Part shown: piece after piece, positions 37,076 through 46,754 of the stretch
How the letters are laid out: every line of letters starts with the position of its first letter
How positions within the stretch are numbered: position 1 is the first letter of the stretch
NCBI GenBank assembly: GCA_963801165.1
Contig: CAWDDT010000011.1
Location: 32,001-96,000, forward strand
Origin: an uncultured bacterium
Lineage (GTDB): Bacteria > Actinomycetota > Acidimicrobiia > Spongiisociales > UBA5794
Direction of reading: 5' to 3'
Length of the DNA stretch: 64,000 bases
Program-made: the position numbers and the translations under genes
The notes under the pieces: generated by a model
Seen by the model: only the letters and a program-made list of their open reading frames with translations
Told to the model about the DNA's origin: nothing
Databases searched by the model: none

Positions 37076-40000
37076 TGACAGCCGCCGGCGGCATATCCAA
37101 CAGAGGCGTCGAAGATCGACCAGATATCAGCATTCCAGTTGAGGACAGACGTGTTGTAGGCAGAAACATGGAGCCGGCACCCTGCCGCCGTTGAACCATC
37201 GGCGAGTAGGGCTCCACTCTGATAGACGAAGCTGGTCGGCAGATCATTGGCAGTGACAACTACGGTCGACTCTCCGCCGGGGACGCCAAAAGACCACGTC
37301 TTGTTGGAGGTCCCCGCAACCACGTTACCGGTGAAGCCGCCGGCGAGCGGATGGTTGTCGTCGACGATCGCCAACACGCTCGCCGTCGTCGAGCCATAGT
37401 CCGTCCCCGAGACCGGCCCGGTCATGCCCATGTCGTCGAGCAACCACGGCTTGGCCACCCAGACGGGCACCGAGACTCCGGCATACATGTCCCGCACCAG
37501 ATTCGCATTCACAGACGATGAAATCAGCACAAACGACGCACCGACCGCGTCGGCAGCCGTTGCGTTGTTGTCGTCGACAACAACAACGGTGTATCCGTCA
37601 CTCGTCATGCGATCCCGTACCGCGACGTCCCCGGTGGCGAGATTGGTGGCATCGCCGACGATCATCTTGATGATTCCGCTTGCTGTGTTGTCGACGGTAA
37701 TCGCCACCGAGTCGGATGCGGTGCGGCTCATGGTGTCTGTAGCCGTCGCCGAGACCGTCACCGGCCCGTCGGCGGCCGTGGTCGTGTCCCAATCCCACGA
37801 CCAGCCGTCGGTGCCGTCACTGTCAACGCCGAGAGATGCACCGTCTGCGAAGAACTCGACCTGGGTAACCGTCGGATCGGAACCGGTATCGGCGACAACC
37901 GCCACCGTATCGTGGAGAGTTGCGCCGGCGGGTGGCGATGTGATCGTCACCTGCGGGCCCTGGTTGTCGACAGTCACAGTCACAGATCCGCTTCGAGTAT
38001 GAGACGCGGTATCGGTGGCGACCGCGGTGACGGTGATCTGCCCGTCTGCACCGCCGGTGGTATCCCAGTCGGCCGACCAGCCGTCACCGCCGTTAGTGTC
38101 GACACCAATCGACGCACCGTCTGCCAGGAACTCGACCTGAGTCACGGCGACGTCGTCTGTGGCGTCGGCGGTCACCGTGACAACACCGGACACGGTTGCT
38201 CCGTCGGCCGGTGCCGTCACCGCTGCGGTGGGAGGATTGTCGACCGGTGGCGCCACGCAGCCGTTGGCCGCGTAGGCCACCGTGTTATCGAACAACGCCC
38301 AACCGTCCGTCGAGAACCTCACGGGAGCATCGGCGAATATCGAATAGTGGAGCCGGCATCCCGCCGCGGTGGACCCGTCGGCGAGCGTGGCTCCCGCGGA
38401 GTAGACGAACAACGTGGGCTTGCCGGCGGTGGTCCCCACCACATCGGCACCCGGGCCGGGTACGCCAAAGGACATGGTCCGGTTCCAGGTGGTCACCGTC
38501 ACATCTCCCGTAAGGCCTGCCGCAAGGGGGTGACCGGGTTCGGTGATCGTCACAGTATCGTGGAGAAGCGTTCCGTAGTCGGTGCCGGCAGCTGTGCCGG
38601 TCATTCCCATGTCGTCGAGCAGGTACGGCTTGGCGACCCATACCGGTTCGGGCACGTCGGCCAGTTTGTCCTTGATGAGGTTGGCATTGACTGTGGACGA
38701 CAGGATGACAAGCGCGGACCCCGTAACCGAGCCCGCCGTCACAACACCGTCATCGACCTCGCTCACGGTGTAGCCGAGACCTTCGAGCTCCGTCACCATG
38801 GCGTTTTCCCCGGCCTGGAGCGAAGTCGGGTCGGCGACGACAACGACGATCACGCCGGCAGAGTTGTTGCTAACGGTCACGGCCGCTTGATCCGACGACG
38901 TCCTACCGAACGAGTCGGTGCCAACGACACTCACCGTTGCAGGCCCGTCCGATGCCGATGTGGTATCCCACGTGATCGACCAGCCGTCGCCTCCATTGTT
39001 ATCAACGCCGATAGAAGCGCCGTCGACGAAGAACTCGGCCTGCGCCACCCCGACATCGTCGGTGACGGTTGCGGAAACGGACAAGGACCCCGAGATCGTC
39101 GCCCCGTCCACCGGGACGGTGAGAGTCGTCGTCGGCCCGAGGTTGTCGACAGTGATCGAAACGGAGTCCGTAGCTTGCTGACCGCCCCCGTCGAATGCAG
39201 TGGCCGCGACCGTGGCATTGCCGTCGGCGGCCGTCGTGCTGTCCCAGTCAACGGACCAGCCGTCACTCCCGTCGTTGTCCACACCGACCTGGGCGCCATC
39301 GACGGTGAACTCGACACGGTCCACAGCGATGTCATCCGAAGCATCGGCGCTGAACGTCACGTTTCCTGCGACCGCGTCGCCGTCACCCGGTGTCGTCAGG
39401 GAAACGGTCGGCTGTGAGTCGATCGACAGGAGGAAGATGTCCGTGTTCGCCCAGTCCCGGCCGTCGCCCGCCGCAGGGCCGCTGATCAGGGTCTGCGTGC
39501 CCGACACCGGGATGTCACCGGAAAGATCGATCGAGTACATATTGCCGCTAGATGTCGTGTAGTAGAGCTTTCCGTCGGCTGCGGTCATACCACGCGTGCT
39601 GGACCAGTCGAGACCGTCGCCGTCGCCGCTCACCACGTACTCCCTGTTGCCGACGATGCCGGACTCCAGAGAGAAGTACCGGTAGCGCAGCCGGGAGCTC
39701 CCGCTCAAGGTGTAGTACAGCTTGCCCTGCGACCAGGCGGCCGACGTTGCGCCGCTCCAGTCGAACCAGGACGGCTCGGTGCGTGCCGTCCCCATCGTGA
39801 CACCATCGAACGGCCTCGACTGAAGGGCACCGCTGGTGTCCGTCCAGTACAGCCTGCCCGCCTGATAGAACGCCCCGTTGACCTGGGCCCAGTCGATTAC
39901 GTTGCCGGGGACCGTGGCGGGAGTGCCCGCCGAAATGCCATCAAACGTCTCGACGGTGAGCGTGCTCCCGTCGCCGGCAAACAGGTCTGTCGGCAATGTC

Positions 40001-41313
40001 GGCGCCGTAGGCACAGGTACAGAGGAGCCTCCGGTGAGGGGGAACTGAGCCAGCTTGGGGTGGTACTCGCCCGCGGTGAAGTCGGTGTCGGAGCCAACGT
40101 AGAGCCCGCGGTTGGAGAGGTGCAGATCCCAGACCGCAACCCCGCGGTCCTTGCCGGGGTTCCACGACAGCGGCACGCCGTTGATGGGATCGAGCGCGCC
40201 GATCCCGGGGCGGGACACCGCCCCGGCCGCGGCGCTGTCGAACCCCAGGTAGTTGTTCAGCCACCGCTGGTGGCCCCCGACGTAAACGCTGACGTCGGAA
40301 ATGGCAACGGCTGTGAGAGTGTCGCCCCCGGTCCAATCGACCCAGGTCTCGGCGACGGCCGCACCTCGCTGACCGCTCTCCCACCTGGACGCTGAATCAC
40401 ACAACGACGGGTAGTGGGGACCACCGGTCGTGACGATCACGAAATAGGCACTGTCGGGTGAGTACTCGACATCACGAACGTAGGTCCAGAAACTCGACGA
40501 GCAGGCGGCACCGAACGCGTCAGTCGACCAATTGGCGAGCTGGGCCGTCGGCCCGCTCAGATCGATCACCGCCACCTGGGAACGAGGTTGGTTGTCCACC
40601 TCGGAGAAATTGCCGACGATGGTCATCTCGGAGCCGTCCGGGCTGACCGCCAGCTCCGCCACCCAGTCGACGCTCACCCTGGGGGCGGTCGTACCGATCG
40701 TGAACGAGGGGTCAACGACGCCTGTAGTCGCATCGACGGCGGCGAGCCGGGCCCGGGGCACGCCGTTTACAGACCAGATGTCACCGCCCATGTACAGGGT
40801 GTTGCCACTGACCTCGATATCACGAACCCTGCCCGCGGTGGTGGCGTTGAACCCGGCCACCCGCTGGCCCGTGCCGACGCTCAGCTTGGTCAGACCGAAA
40901 TTCGACACCCCGTTCACGTTTGCGAACACGCCACCGACAAACACCGAGGTCCCGTCCGGAGCTGGTGCGAGCGTCTCGACCTCGCCGTCGAGCTGGGGAA
41001 CGAAGTTGGTATCGATCTGACCGGTCACCGGGTCGTAGGCGAAGATGTAGTTGCGGGTCAGGTCTGCCGGGACACCGACGTTGCGTACGGTGTGGAAGGT
41101 GCCACCGACGATGACCCGGTCGCCGACGGTCACGATGGCGGTGACGTGGCCATCCATCACGTAAGGAGTGTTGTCGACCGGGTCGGCGGATACGACGATC
41201 CCCTGGTTCAGATGACTGGCCTCGACCGGGGCGACACCGATAACGCCGAATACCGTCAACGCCGTCAGCAACGCCGTAGCGAGCGCGACTGCCCTACCGC
41301 CTCTGGATGTCAT
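37072..41313 (-). CDS. Large secreted surface protein: beta-propeller-like N-terminus, four bacterial Ig-like domains and two copies of an unknown module
   Basis: Signal peptide from ATG 41313; VGG.F repeats; four P...T.P..GA...VEF.VDG...DGWS..WD.T..ADG units; duplicated ~200-aa module (PVWVAKP.LLDDMGMTG...HPLA.G...AAGCRLH). Confidence 0.85.
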   Translation of the reverse strand: MTSRGGRAVALATALLTALTVFGVIGVAPVEASHLNQGIVVSADPVDNTPYVMDGHVTAIVTVGDRVIVGGTFHTVRNVGVPADLTRNYIFAYDPVTGQIDTNFVPQLDGEVETLAPAPDGTSVFVGGVFANVNGVSNFGLTKLSVGTGQRVAGFNATTAGRVRDIEVSGNTLYMGGDIWSVNGVPRARLAAVDATTGVVDPSFTIGTTAPRVSVDWVAELAVSPDGSEMTIVGNFSEVDNQPRSQVAVIDLSGPTAQLANWSTDAFGAACSSSFWTYVRDVEYSPDSAYFVIVTTGGPHYPSLCDSASRWESGQRGAAVAETWVDWTGGDTLTAVAISDVSVYVGGHQRWLNNYLGFDSAAAGAVSRPGIGALDPINGVPLSWNPGKDRGVAVWDLHLSNRGLYVGSDTDFTAGEYHPKLAQFPLTGGSSVPVPTAPTLPTDLFAGDGSTLTVETFDGISAGTPATVPGNVIDWAQVNGAFYQAGRLYWTDTSGALQSRPFDGVTMGTARTEPSWFDWSGATSAAWSQGKLYYTLSGSSRLRYRYFSLESGIVGNREYVVSGDGDGLDWSSTRGMTAADGKLYYTTSSGNMYSIDLSGDIPVSGTQTLISGPAAGDGRDWANTDIFLLSIDSQPTVSLTTPGDGDAVAGNVTFSADASDDIAVDRVEFTVDGAQVGVDNDGSDGWSVDWDSTTAADGNATVAATAFDGGGQQATDSVSITVDNLGPTTTLTVPVDGATISGSLSVSATVTDDVGVAQAEFFVDGASIGVDNNGGDGWSITWDTTSASDGPATVSVVGTDSFGRTSSDQAAVTVSNNSAGVIVVVVADPTSLQAGENAMVTELEGLGYTVSEVDDGVVTAGSVTGSALVILSSTVNANLIKDKLADVPEPVWVAKPYLLDDMGMTGTAAGTDYGTLLHDTVTITEPGHPLAAGLTGDVTVTTWNRTMSFGVPGPGADVVGTTAGKPTLFVYSAGATLADGSTAAGCRLHYSIFADAPVRFSTDGWALFDNTVAYAANGCVAPPVDNPPTAAVTAPADGATVSGVVTVTADATDDVAVTQVEFLADGASIGVDTNGGDGWSADWDTTGGADGQITVTAVATDTASHTRSGSVTVTVDNQGPQVTITSPPAGATLHDTVAVVADTGSDPTVTQVEFFADGASLGVDSDGTDGWSWDWDTTTAADGPVTVSATATDTMSRTASDSVAITVDNTASGIIKMIVGDATNLATGDVAVRDRMTSDGYTVVVVDDNNATAADAVGASFVLISSSVNANLVRDMYAGVSVPVWVAKPWLLDDMGMTGPVSGTDYGSTTASVLAIVDDNHPLAGGFTGNVVAGTSNKTWSFGVPGGESTVVVTANDLPTSFVYQSGALLADGSTAAGCRLHVSAYNTSVLNWNADIWSIFDASVGYAAGGCQ

Positions 41314-41610
41314 AGAAATCTCCGTACCCCTTCTACCCCAACAAGCCTGGACCGACCGTAGCACCGGGCGCAACGAGCGTCACACGTCTACCCCAAAACG
41401 GGTGATACTGCTGGTCAAACCAAACACACCAGCTTATGGTGCCGACGCCAACGAGTGTTGAGCTGGCTCGGAGCGGGCTATGGAATGGCATTCCGAAACC
41501 TGCTCCGACGGCTTTTCAGGGGGTCGGGAACCCGTGGGCACGGGTTTCTGGTCGTGGTTGGGGGTAGCGCCTTGCGCTCAGGTAGGAACACGTAACCAGG
41601 AGAAGCTGAA

Positions 41611-42378
41611 ATGACGACAGCCCGACACGTCCGCGTCGACCGTCGGATCGAGGCACCGACCCGGTGGGCAGACATCATGCCGACGGTCAGCCTGATCATC
41701 CCGACGATCAACGAGGAACGAAACGTCGCAAACGTGCTGGCCCGCATCCCCGATTGGGTTCATGAGGTGATCCTCGTCGACGGTCTCTCCACCGACCGCA
41801 CGGTGCCACTTGCCCGGGCGTTGCGTCCGGACGTCAAGGTCGTCATGGAGTCCAACCCCGGCAAGGGCTCAGCGCTGATCGCAGGGTTCGCGGCAGCCAC
41901 CGGTGACATCATTGCCGCAATCGACGCCGACGGCTCGATGGATCCGGCCGAACTGCATAGCTTCATAGGACAGTTGGTTTCCGGTGCCGATTACGTGAAA
42001 GGCTCCCGGTTCGTCCAGGGAGGCGGAACCGTCGACATGGAGTGGCACCGCAGGCTCGGCAACTGGGGTCTGATGATGGCGGCGAAGATGCTGTTCGGCG
42101 GCAACTACTCCGACCTCTGCTACGGCTATTTCGCCTTCTGGCGCGATGCCTTGCCGCTGCTCGACCCCGATGTGCCTGGTTTCGAGATCGAGACGCAGAT
42201 CAACGTGCGAGCGCTTCGGGCAAACCTCAAGATCGCTGAGGTGCCCAGCTTCGAAGAGCGCCGCCTTCACGGCGTCAGCAATCTTCACGCATGGCGCGAT
42301 GGGCTCCGTATCCTGCGCACCATCATCAGGGAGCGATTCTCCCGTCGTAAGCTTCCGCCCGTCATCGACCTGCGGTAA
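41611..42378 (+). CDS. Glycosyltransferase family 2 (DPM1-like)
   Basis: SLIIPTINEE, VDGLSTD, GKG, IDADGS, KGSRF, FEIETQ. Confidence 0.92.
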   Translation: MTTARHVRVDRRIEAPTRWADIMPTVSLIIPTINEERNVANVLARIPDWVHEVILVDGLSTDRTVPLARALRPDVKVVMESNPGKGSALIAGFAAATGDIIAAIDADGSMDPAELHSFIGQLVSGADYVKGSRFVQGGGTVDMEWHRRLGNWGLMMAAKMLFGGNYSDLCYGYFAFWRDALPLLDPDVPGFEIETQINVRALRANLKIAEVPSFEERRLHGVSNLHAWRDGLRILRTIIRERFSRRKLPPVIDLR

Positions 42379-42397
42379 CCGTCTCCCGAGGACAACC

Positions 42398-43351
42398 ATG
42401 GACAGGCCAACCGTGGCACACGGTCGCTCTATCGTGGTCTGCTGCTACACCAGCGACCGCTGGGATCGGCTTTCGGCCGCTATCGGAGCGACTGCCGATC
42501 AGATTTCTCCACCGGACGAGCTGATTGTCGTAGTCGACTACAACGAGGAGTTGCTGGCGCGCGTTCGCGCCGAGTTCGACGACCTCGCGATTGTGGCGGC
42601 CAACCGCCATGAATCGGGCTTGTCCGGAGCTCGGAACACCGGTGTCGAGCTTGCCTCCCAACCGATCGTGCTGTTTCTCGACGACGACGCGACACCCGCA
42701 CCCGACTGGGTCGACGCGCTCGCCGCTTCGTTCTCCGATCCCACGGTCGTCGGCGTCGGGGGTAGCGCCCGGCCCGACTGGGCGGGCGGTGAGCCGCCGT
42801 GGTGGTTTCCCGAGGAGTTCTTCTGGGTGGTTGGATGCAGCTACCGCGGTTTGCCCGAGCGCCGCGCCCCGATCCGGAACCCGATCGGGTGCAACATGGC
42901 ATTTCGCAAGGAAGCCATCTCACATGTGGGCGGGTTCTCGGCCGAACTAGGCCGTGTCAAGAACAAGCCGGCCGGCGCCGAAGAAACCGACCTCGCGATA
43001 AGGGTACGATCAGCGACCGGAGGAACCATCCTCTACGAACCCGATGCGGTCGTGCGGCATGCCGTCGGAGAATCACGGATGACACTGAGCTACTTCACCA
43101 AGAGATGCTACGGCGAGGGTCGCTCCAAGGCGGTTCTGGCCCGCCGGGTCGGTGCAGGCGACGCCACGTCTTCAGAGCGCTCCTACCTGAAGACTCTGGC
43201 CACGGGAGCGGCCTCGCGCCTCGGCCGGGTCGTCAGGACACGCCGGCTCCGGCCACTTGGCCAGGTGCTCGTGCTCGCGCTCGGTCTCGCGGCCACCGGG
43301 CTTGGGTTCACCGCCGGCACGATCGCCGACTTCGTAGGCAGCCGGCGATGA
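42398..43351 (+). CDS. Glycosyltransferase family 2
   Basis: GLSGARNTG, FLDDD, IGCNMAFR, EETDL; ATG 42398 after gagga. Confidence 0.9.
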   Translation: MDRPTVAHGRSIVVCCYTSDRWDRLSAAIGATADQISPPDELIVVVDYNEELLARVRAEFDDLAIVAANRHESGLSGARNTGVELASQPIVLFLDDDATPAPDWVDALAASFSDPTVVGVGGSARPDWAGGEPPWWFPEEFFWVVGCSYRGLPERRAPIRNPIGCNMAFRKEAISHVGGFSAELGRVKNKPAGAEETDLAIRVRSATGGTILYEPDAVVRHAVGESRMTLSYFTKRCYGEGRSKAVLARRVGAGDATSSERSYLKTLATGAASRLGRVVRTRRLRPLGQVLVLALGLAATGLGFTAGTIADFVGSRR

Positions 43352-45135
43352 CCACGGCAACGACGCAACTACCCGCCGCAGGCGACACCGACGCCGTCGA
43401 TCGCTACGTGGTCACTGTTATCAGGCACTCACTCGTCCTGCTGGCGATCGTGGTGCTCTGGATCTGGTCGGTCAACCGTGTCGACGAGAGTGCGCTTGGT
43501 GACTACGGGCTGATCGCCATCCTTCCCATCTCGGCCTTCGTGGCGCTGGTGGCTGCGCTCGTCGGGTTCGTCGTGGCCACTCAGAGGAAACGCCCCGGCC
43601 CCCTGCTCGCCGCCCACACGATTGCCCTGGCCGTGATGCTGCACGGCATCCCCACGTTCGCCTACGACCATCTCCGCGCCTCGTGGGCGTGGAAACACAT
43701 CGGCATGGTCGATTTCATCCAACGGTTCGGTGATGTCAACCCGGGTGATGGTGCGCTTGCGGTATATCACAACTGGCCGGGCTTCTTCGGGATCAACGCC
43801 TGGATCACCAACACCAGCGGGCTGAGCTCGGCTCTGTCGTACGCCGCATGGGCACCAATCGTCTTCAACCTCCTCTACATCGGCGCCCTCTACATCATGT
43901 TCCGGGCCTTCACCGCAAACCAGAGCCTCATCTGGACGGCGATCCTCATCTTCATACTCGGTTCGTGGATCGGGCAGGACTATTTCGCTCCCCAGGCCCT
44001 CGCCTTCTTCATGTACCTGCTGCTGATGGCGATCCTGCTCCGGTGGTACTCCCGTGCTACGAGCGACGACGCCCACCTCGAGAACGACGATTTTGCGCCG
44101 GGGTCGGTGACCTCGCGCCTCATCGCCGCGGTGATGATCATGGCAATGGTGATGATCGCCTCGTCGCATCAGCTCACACCGATCGTCACGATCGCGGCCA
44201 TCGCCGCTCTCGTCATCACCCGGCAGCTCCGGGTGAAGTGGCCGCTGTGGGCGATGATCGGGATAACAATCGCCTGGTTCCTGGGACCCGCCAGGGGTTT
44301 CGTGCTCGACAACGCCAGGAACGTACTGCATGAGTTCGGGGGCGTTTCCAACAACCTCGACAGCACCGTCGTCGACTACGGGCTCACCACCAGCGCACAG
44401 CGCAACATCTCCCTTGTCAGCCGGTTGCTCAGCGCATCCATTTTCGCTCTCGCCGGTCTCGGCTTGATTCGACGGCGGGCGATGCGGCATCGCTCCGCAC
44501 AGCTGGTCGTACTGGCAGCCGTGCCCGCCGTGATGGTCTTTGCCAGCTCGTACGGCGGCGAGATCATTCTGCGCGCCTACCTGTTCGCTCTTCCCTTTGC
44601 GGCATTCCTGGCCGCGTCTCTCTGGTTCCCGCGCCGCTCCCAACACGGTCGCCTGATCTCCCCGATCGTTCTCTGTGTCGTTCTGGTGACCATCCTGCCC
44701 GCCTTCCTTCTCGCCGACTTCGGTTCCGACCGCCGCGAGGTGTTTTCCGACACTGAGATCGCGGCCTCGGACTACGTGCTCTCGAACGCCGCACCCGGCG
44801 CCCTGATCATCGAAGGAACCCGCGACTACCCCAGGCTGTACCGCAACAACGAGCAGTACACCTACCTGACCCTTTCGATGCTCCCCCAACAGGCGCTAGA
44901 GCACGTCATGTCGGATCCGGCCAATGTGCTCCACCGTTGGCTCACGGACGCGACCTCGTACAACGGCGGCTACATCATCTTCACCGATTCGCAACGTGCT
45001 TCGGTCACCGATCTGGGAACGTCTCTCGATCCCACGCTCGCCACGATCCAACAGGCGCTGCGAGCGTCGAGTGACTTCAAGATTGGTTACGAGTCAACCG
45101 ATGCCGTCGTCTTCCAACCGGCGGGGCAGCCATGA
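43348..45135 (+). CDS. Polytopic membrane protein, GT-C/polymerase-like
   Basis: About 12 TM segments; WAWKHIG, YHNWPGFF, WIGQDYFAPQ, SHQLTP, YGGE...R; ATGA-coupled. Confidence 0.8.
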   Translation: MTTATTQLPAAGDTDAVDRYVVTVIRHSLVLLAIVVLWIWSVNRVDESALGDYGLIAILPISAFVALVAALVGFVVATQRKRPGPLLAAHTIALAVMLHGIPTFAYDHLRASWAWKHIGMVDFIQRFGDVNPGDGALAVYHNWPGFFGINAWITNTSGLSSALSYAAWAPIVFNLLYIGALYIMFRAFTANQSLIWTAILIFILGSWIGQDYFAPQALAFFMYLLLMAILLRWYSRATSDDAHLENDDFAPGSVTSRLIAAVMIMAMVMIASSHQLTPIVTIAAIAALVITRQLRVKWPLWAMIGITIAWFLGPARGFVLDNARNVLHEFGGVSNNLDSTVVDYGLTTSAQRNISLVSRLLSASIFALAGLGLIRRRAMRHRSAQLVVLAAVPAVMVFASSYGGEIILRAYLFALPFAAFLAASLWFPRRSQHGRLISPIVLCVVLVTILPAFLLADFGSDRREVFSDTEIAASDYVLSNAAPGALIIEGTRDYPRLYRNNEQYTYLTLSMLPQQALEHVMSDPANVLHRWLTDATSYNGGYIIFTDSQRASVTDLGTSLDPTLATIQQALRASSDFKIGYESTDAVVFQPAGQP

Positions 45136-45827
45136 TCGGCCGCTTCACCGGAGACAAGCCCGGCCTCACCTGGGTCATCGTGCTCAGCGCTGTTGAGTTG
45201 CTCACTATCCTCTTCCACGCGGGTCCCCCGCTGCAACCTGCACTCGGGGTGTTGTTCGTGCTCACCTGCCCCGGTTTCCTGCTCCTAGACCTCGAGCGCC
45301 CGGCCGATCCGGCCGCTCGGATCATGATCGGAATCGGCGGATCGATCGCTGCCAACATCATCATCGTGACCCTGGTGCTCATCACCGACGCCGGGCCCGT
45401 CGCCCCGTTCATCGCTCTCGCTCTCGTGGCCGCGGCTCTGATGCCACGCAGACGTTTCGACACCACGATCCGCTGGGCCGGGTCATTGCGAAGAAGATCT
45501 ACGCCGGCGCCACAACCCGTTGCGGCTCCCGAACCGATCCAGGAGAACCGGCCGCAGCCGGAACCGCAACCGGTGCCCGAGACGGAGCCGGGCCCAATGC
45601 CGCACCAGGACGTGCGGCCCGATCCGGGCCCGCCGCCGGTGATCGTGCTCGGCGTAGACATCAACCGTGCCGGCGTTGGACCGTTCACCGGACTTCCCGG
45701 GATCGGGCCGGATTTGGCCACCCGGATCGTCGCCCATCGTGAGCAGCACGGTCCCTTCGCCGACGTGAACGCCCTGCTCGACGTGCTCCGTGGCATGGCC
45801 ATCGAGGAGGAGGCGAGAAAAATATGA
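45132..45827 (+). CDS. Membrane protein with C-terminal ComEA-like helix-hairpin-helix domain
   Basis: About four TM segments, Pro-rich linker, VDINRA.....LPGIGPDLATRIVAHREQHGPF. Confidence 0.78.
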   Translation: MIGRFTGDKPGLTWVIVLSAVELLTILFHAGPPLQPALGVLFVLTCPGFLLLDLERPADPAARIMIGIGGSIAANIIIVTLVLITDAGPVAPFIALALVAAALMPRRRFDTTIRWAGSLRRRSTPAPQPVAAPEPIQENRPQPEPQPVPETEPGPMPHQDVRPDPGPPPVIVLGVDINRAGVGPFTGLPGIGPDLATRIVAHREQHGPFADVNALLDVLRGMAIEEEARKI

Positions 45828-46738
45828 CCGAGACGATCTCCGTTTCGGCGGTCATCCCGACCCGCAACCGCCCCGAGCTGCTGCGAAGGGCAATCGAGGC
45901 GATCCTGCACCAGGAAGGGGACAACGTTCACGAGGTCGTCGTTGTCTTCGATCAGTCGGATCCCGACGAGTCGCTGCAGGATCTGTCGCCGAACATCCCG
46001 ATCCGGGCAGTACCGAACACCAACACCCCCGGTCTCGCCGGTGCCCGCAATACGGGAATCGACACCGCCACCGGAGAGTGGATCGCGTTCTGCGACGACG
46101 ATGACGTCTGGCTACCCGACAAGCTGGTTCGGCAATGTCGGGCCTTAGCGATCCATCAGGAAACCCTGTTTGCGGTCGGCAGCGTGATCATCACATATGG
46201 CGACAAGCGCGTCCATCGCCAGTCGGAGCTGCAGACCATCGAGGTCGGCGATCTGCTGCGCGACCGGATCATGGAGGCGCATCCCTCGACGTATCTGACG
46301 CGTCGTGCCGCTATCGAGCAGTGGGGGCCCGTAGACGAGGCGCTCCCCGGCGGATATGCCGAAGACTACGACTGGCTCCTGCGCGCCGCCCGGGTGCGGC
46401 CCGTCCTGGTCGTTCCGGAAGCCGTTACCGAGGTGGAATGGCACCCTGACTCCTACTTCGGCAACCGTTGGGCAACGATCGACTCTGCCCTCGAGTTCTT
46501 CGTGGACAAAACACCGGAGTTCGCCAACGAGCCGCGCGGGCTCGCCCGTATTGTGGGGCAACGGGCATTTGCCCAAGCTGCCATGGGCCAGACCCGGCGT
46601 GCCCTCAGCAGCGCCTGGCAGACCTTCCGGCTCGACTGGCGCCAGCCCCGGGCGTACATCGTTCCCGTCGTCGCCAGCCGAATCGTCAGCGCCGACCGGC
46701 TCGTCAAGTGGGCGAACGCAACCGGGCGCGGCTTCTAG
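45824..46738 (+). CDS. Glycosyltransferase family 2
   Basis: VIPTRNRP, GARNTG, AFCDDDD.W.P.KL, EDYDWLLR. Confidence 0.92.
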   Translation: MTETISVSAVIPTRNRPELLRRAIEAILHQEGDNVHEVVVVFDQSDPDESLQDLSPNIPIRAVPNTNTPGLAGARNTGIDTATGEWIAFCDDDDVWLPDKLVRQCRALAIHQETLFAVGSVIITYGDKRVHRQSELQTIEVGDLLRDRIMEAHPSTYLTRRAAIEQWGPVDEALPGGYAEDYDWLLRAARVRPVLVVPEAVTEVEWHPDSYFGNRWATIDSALEFFVDKTPEFANEPRGLARIVGQRAFAQAAMGQTRRALSSAWQTFRLDWRQPRAYIVPVVASRIVSADRLVKWANATGRGF

Positions 46739-46754
46739 TGCTGCTGCTGCACCC

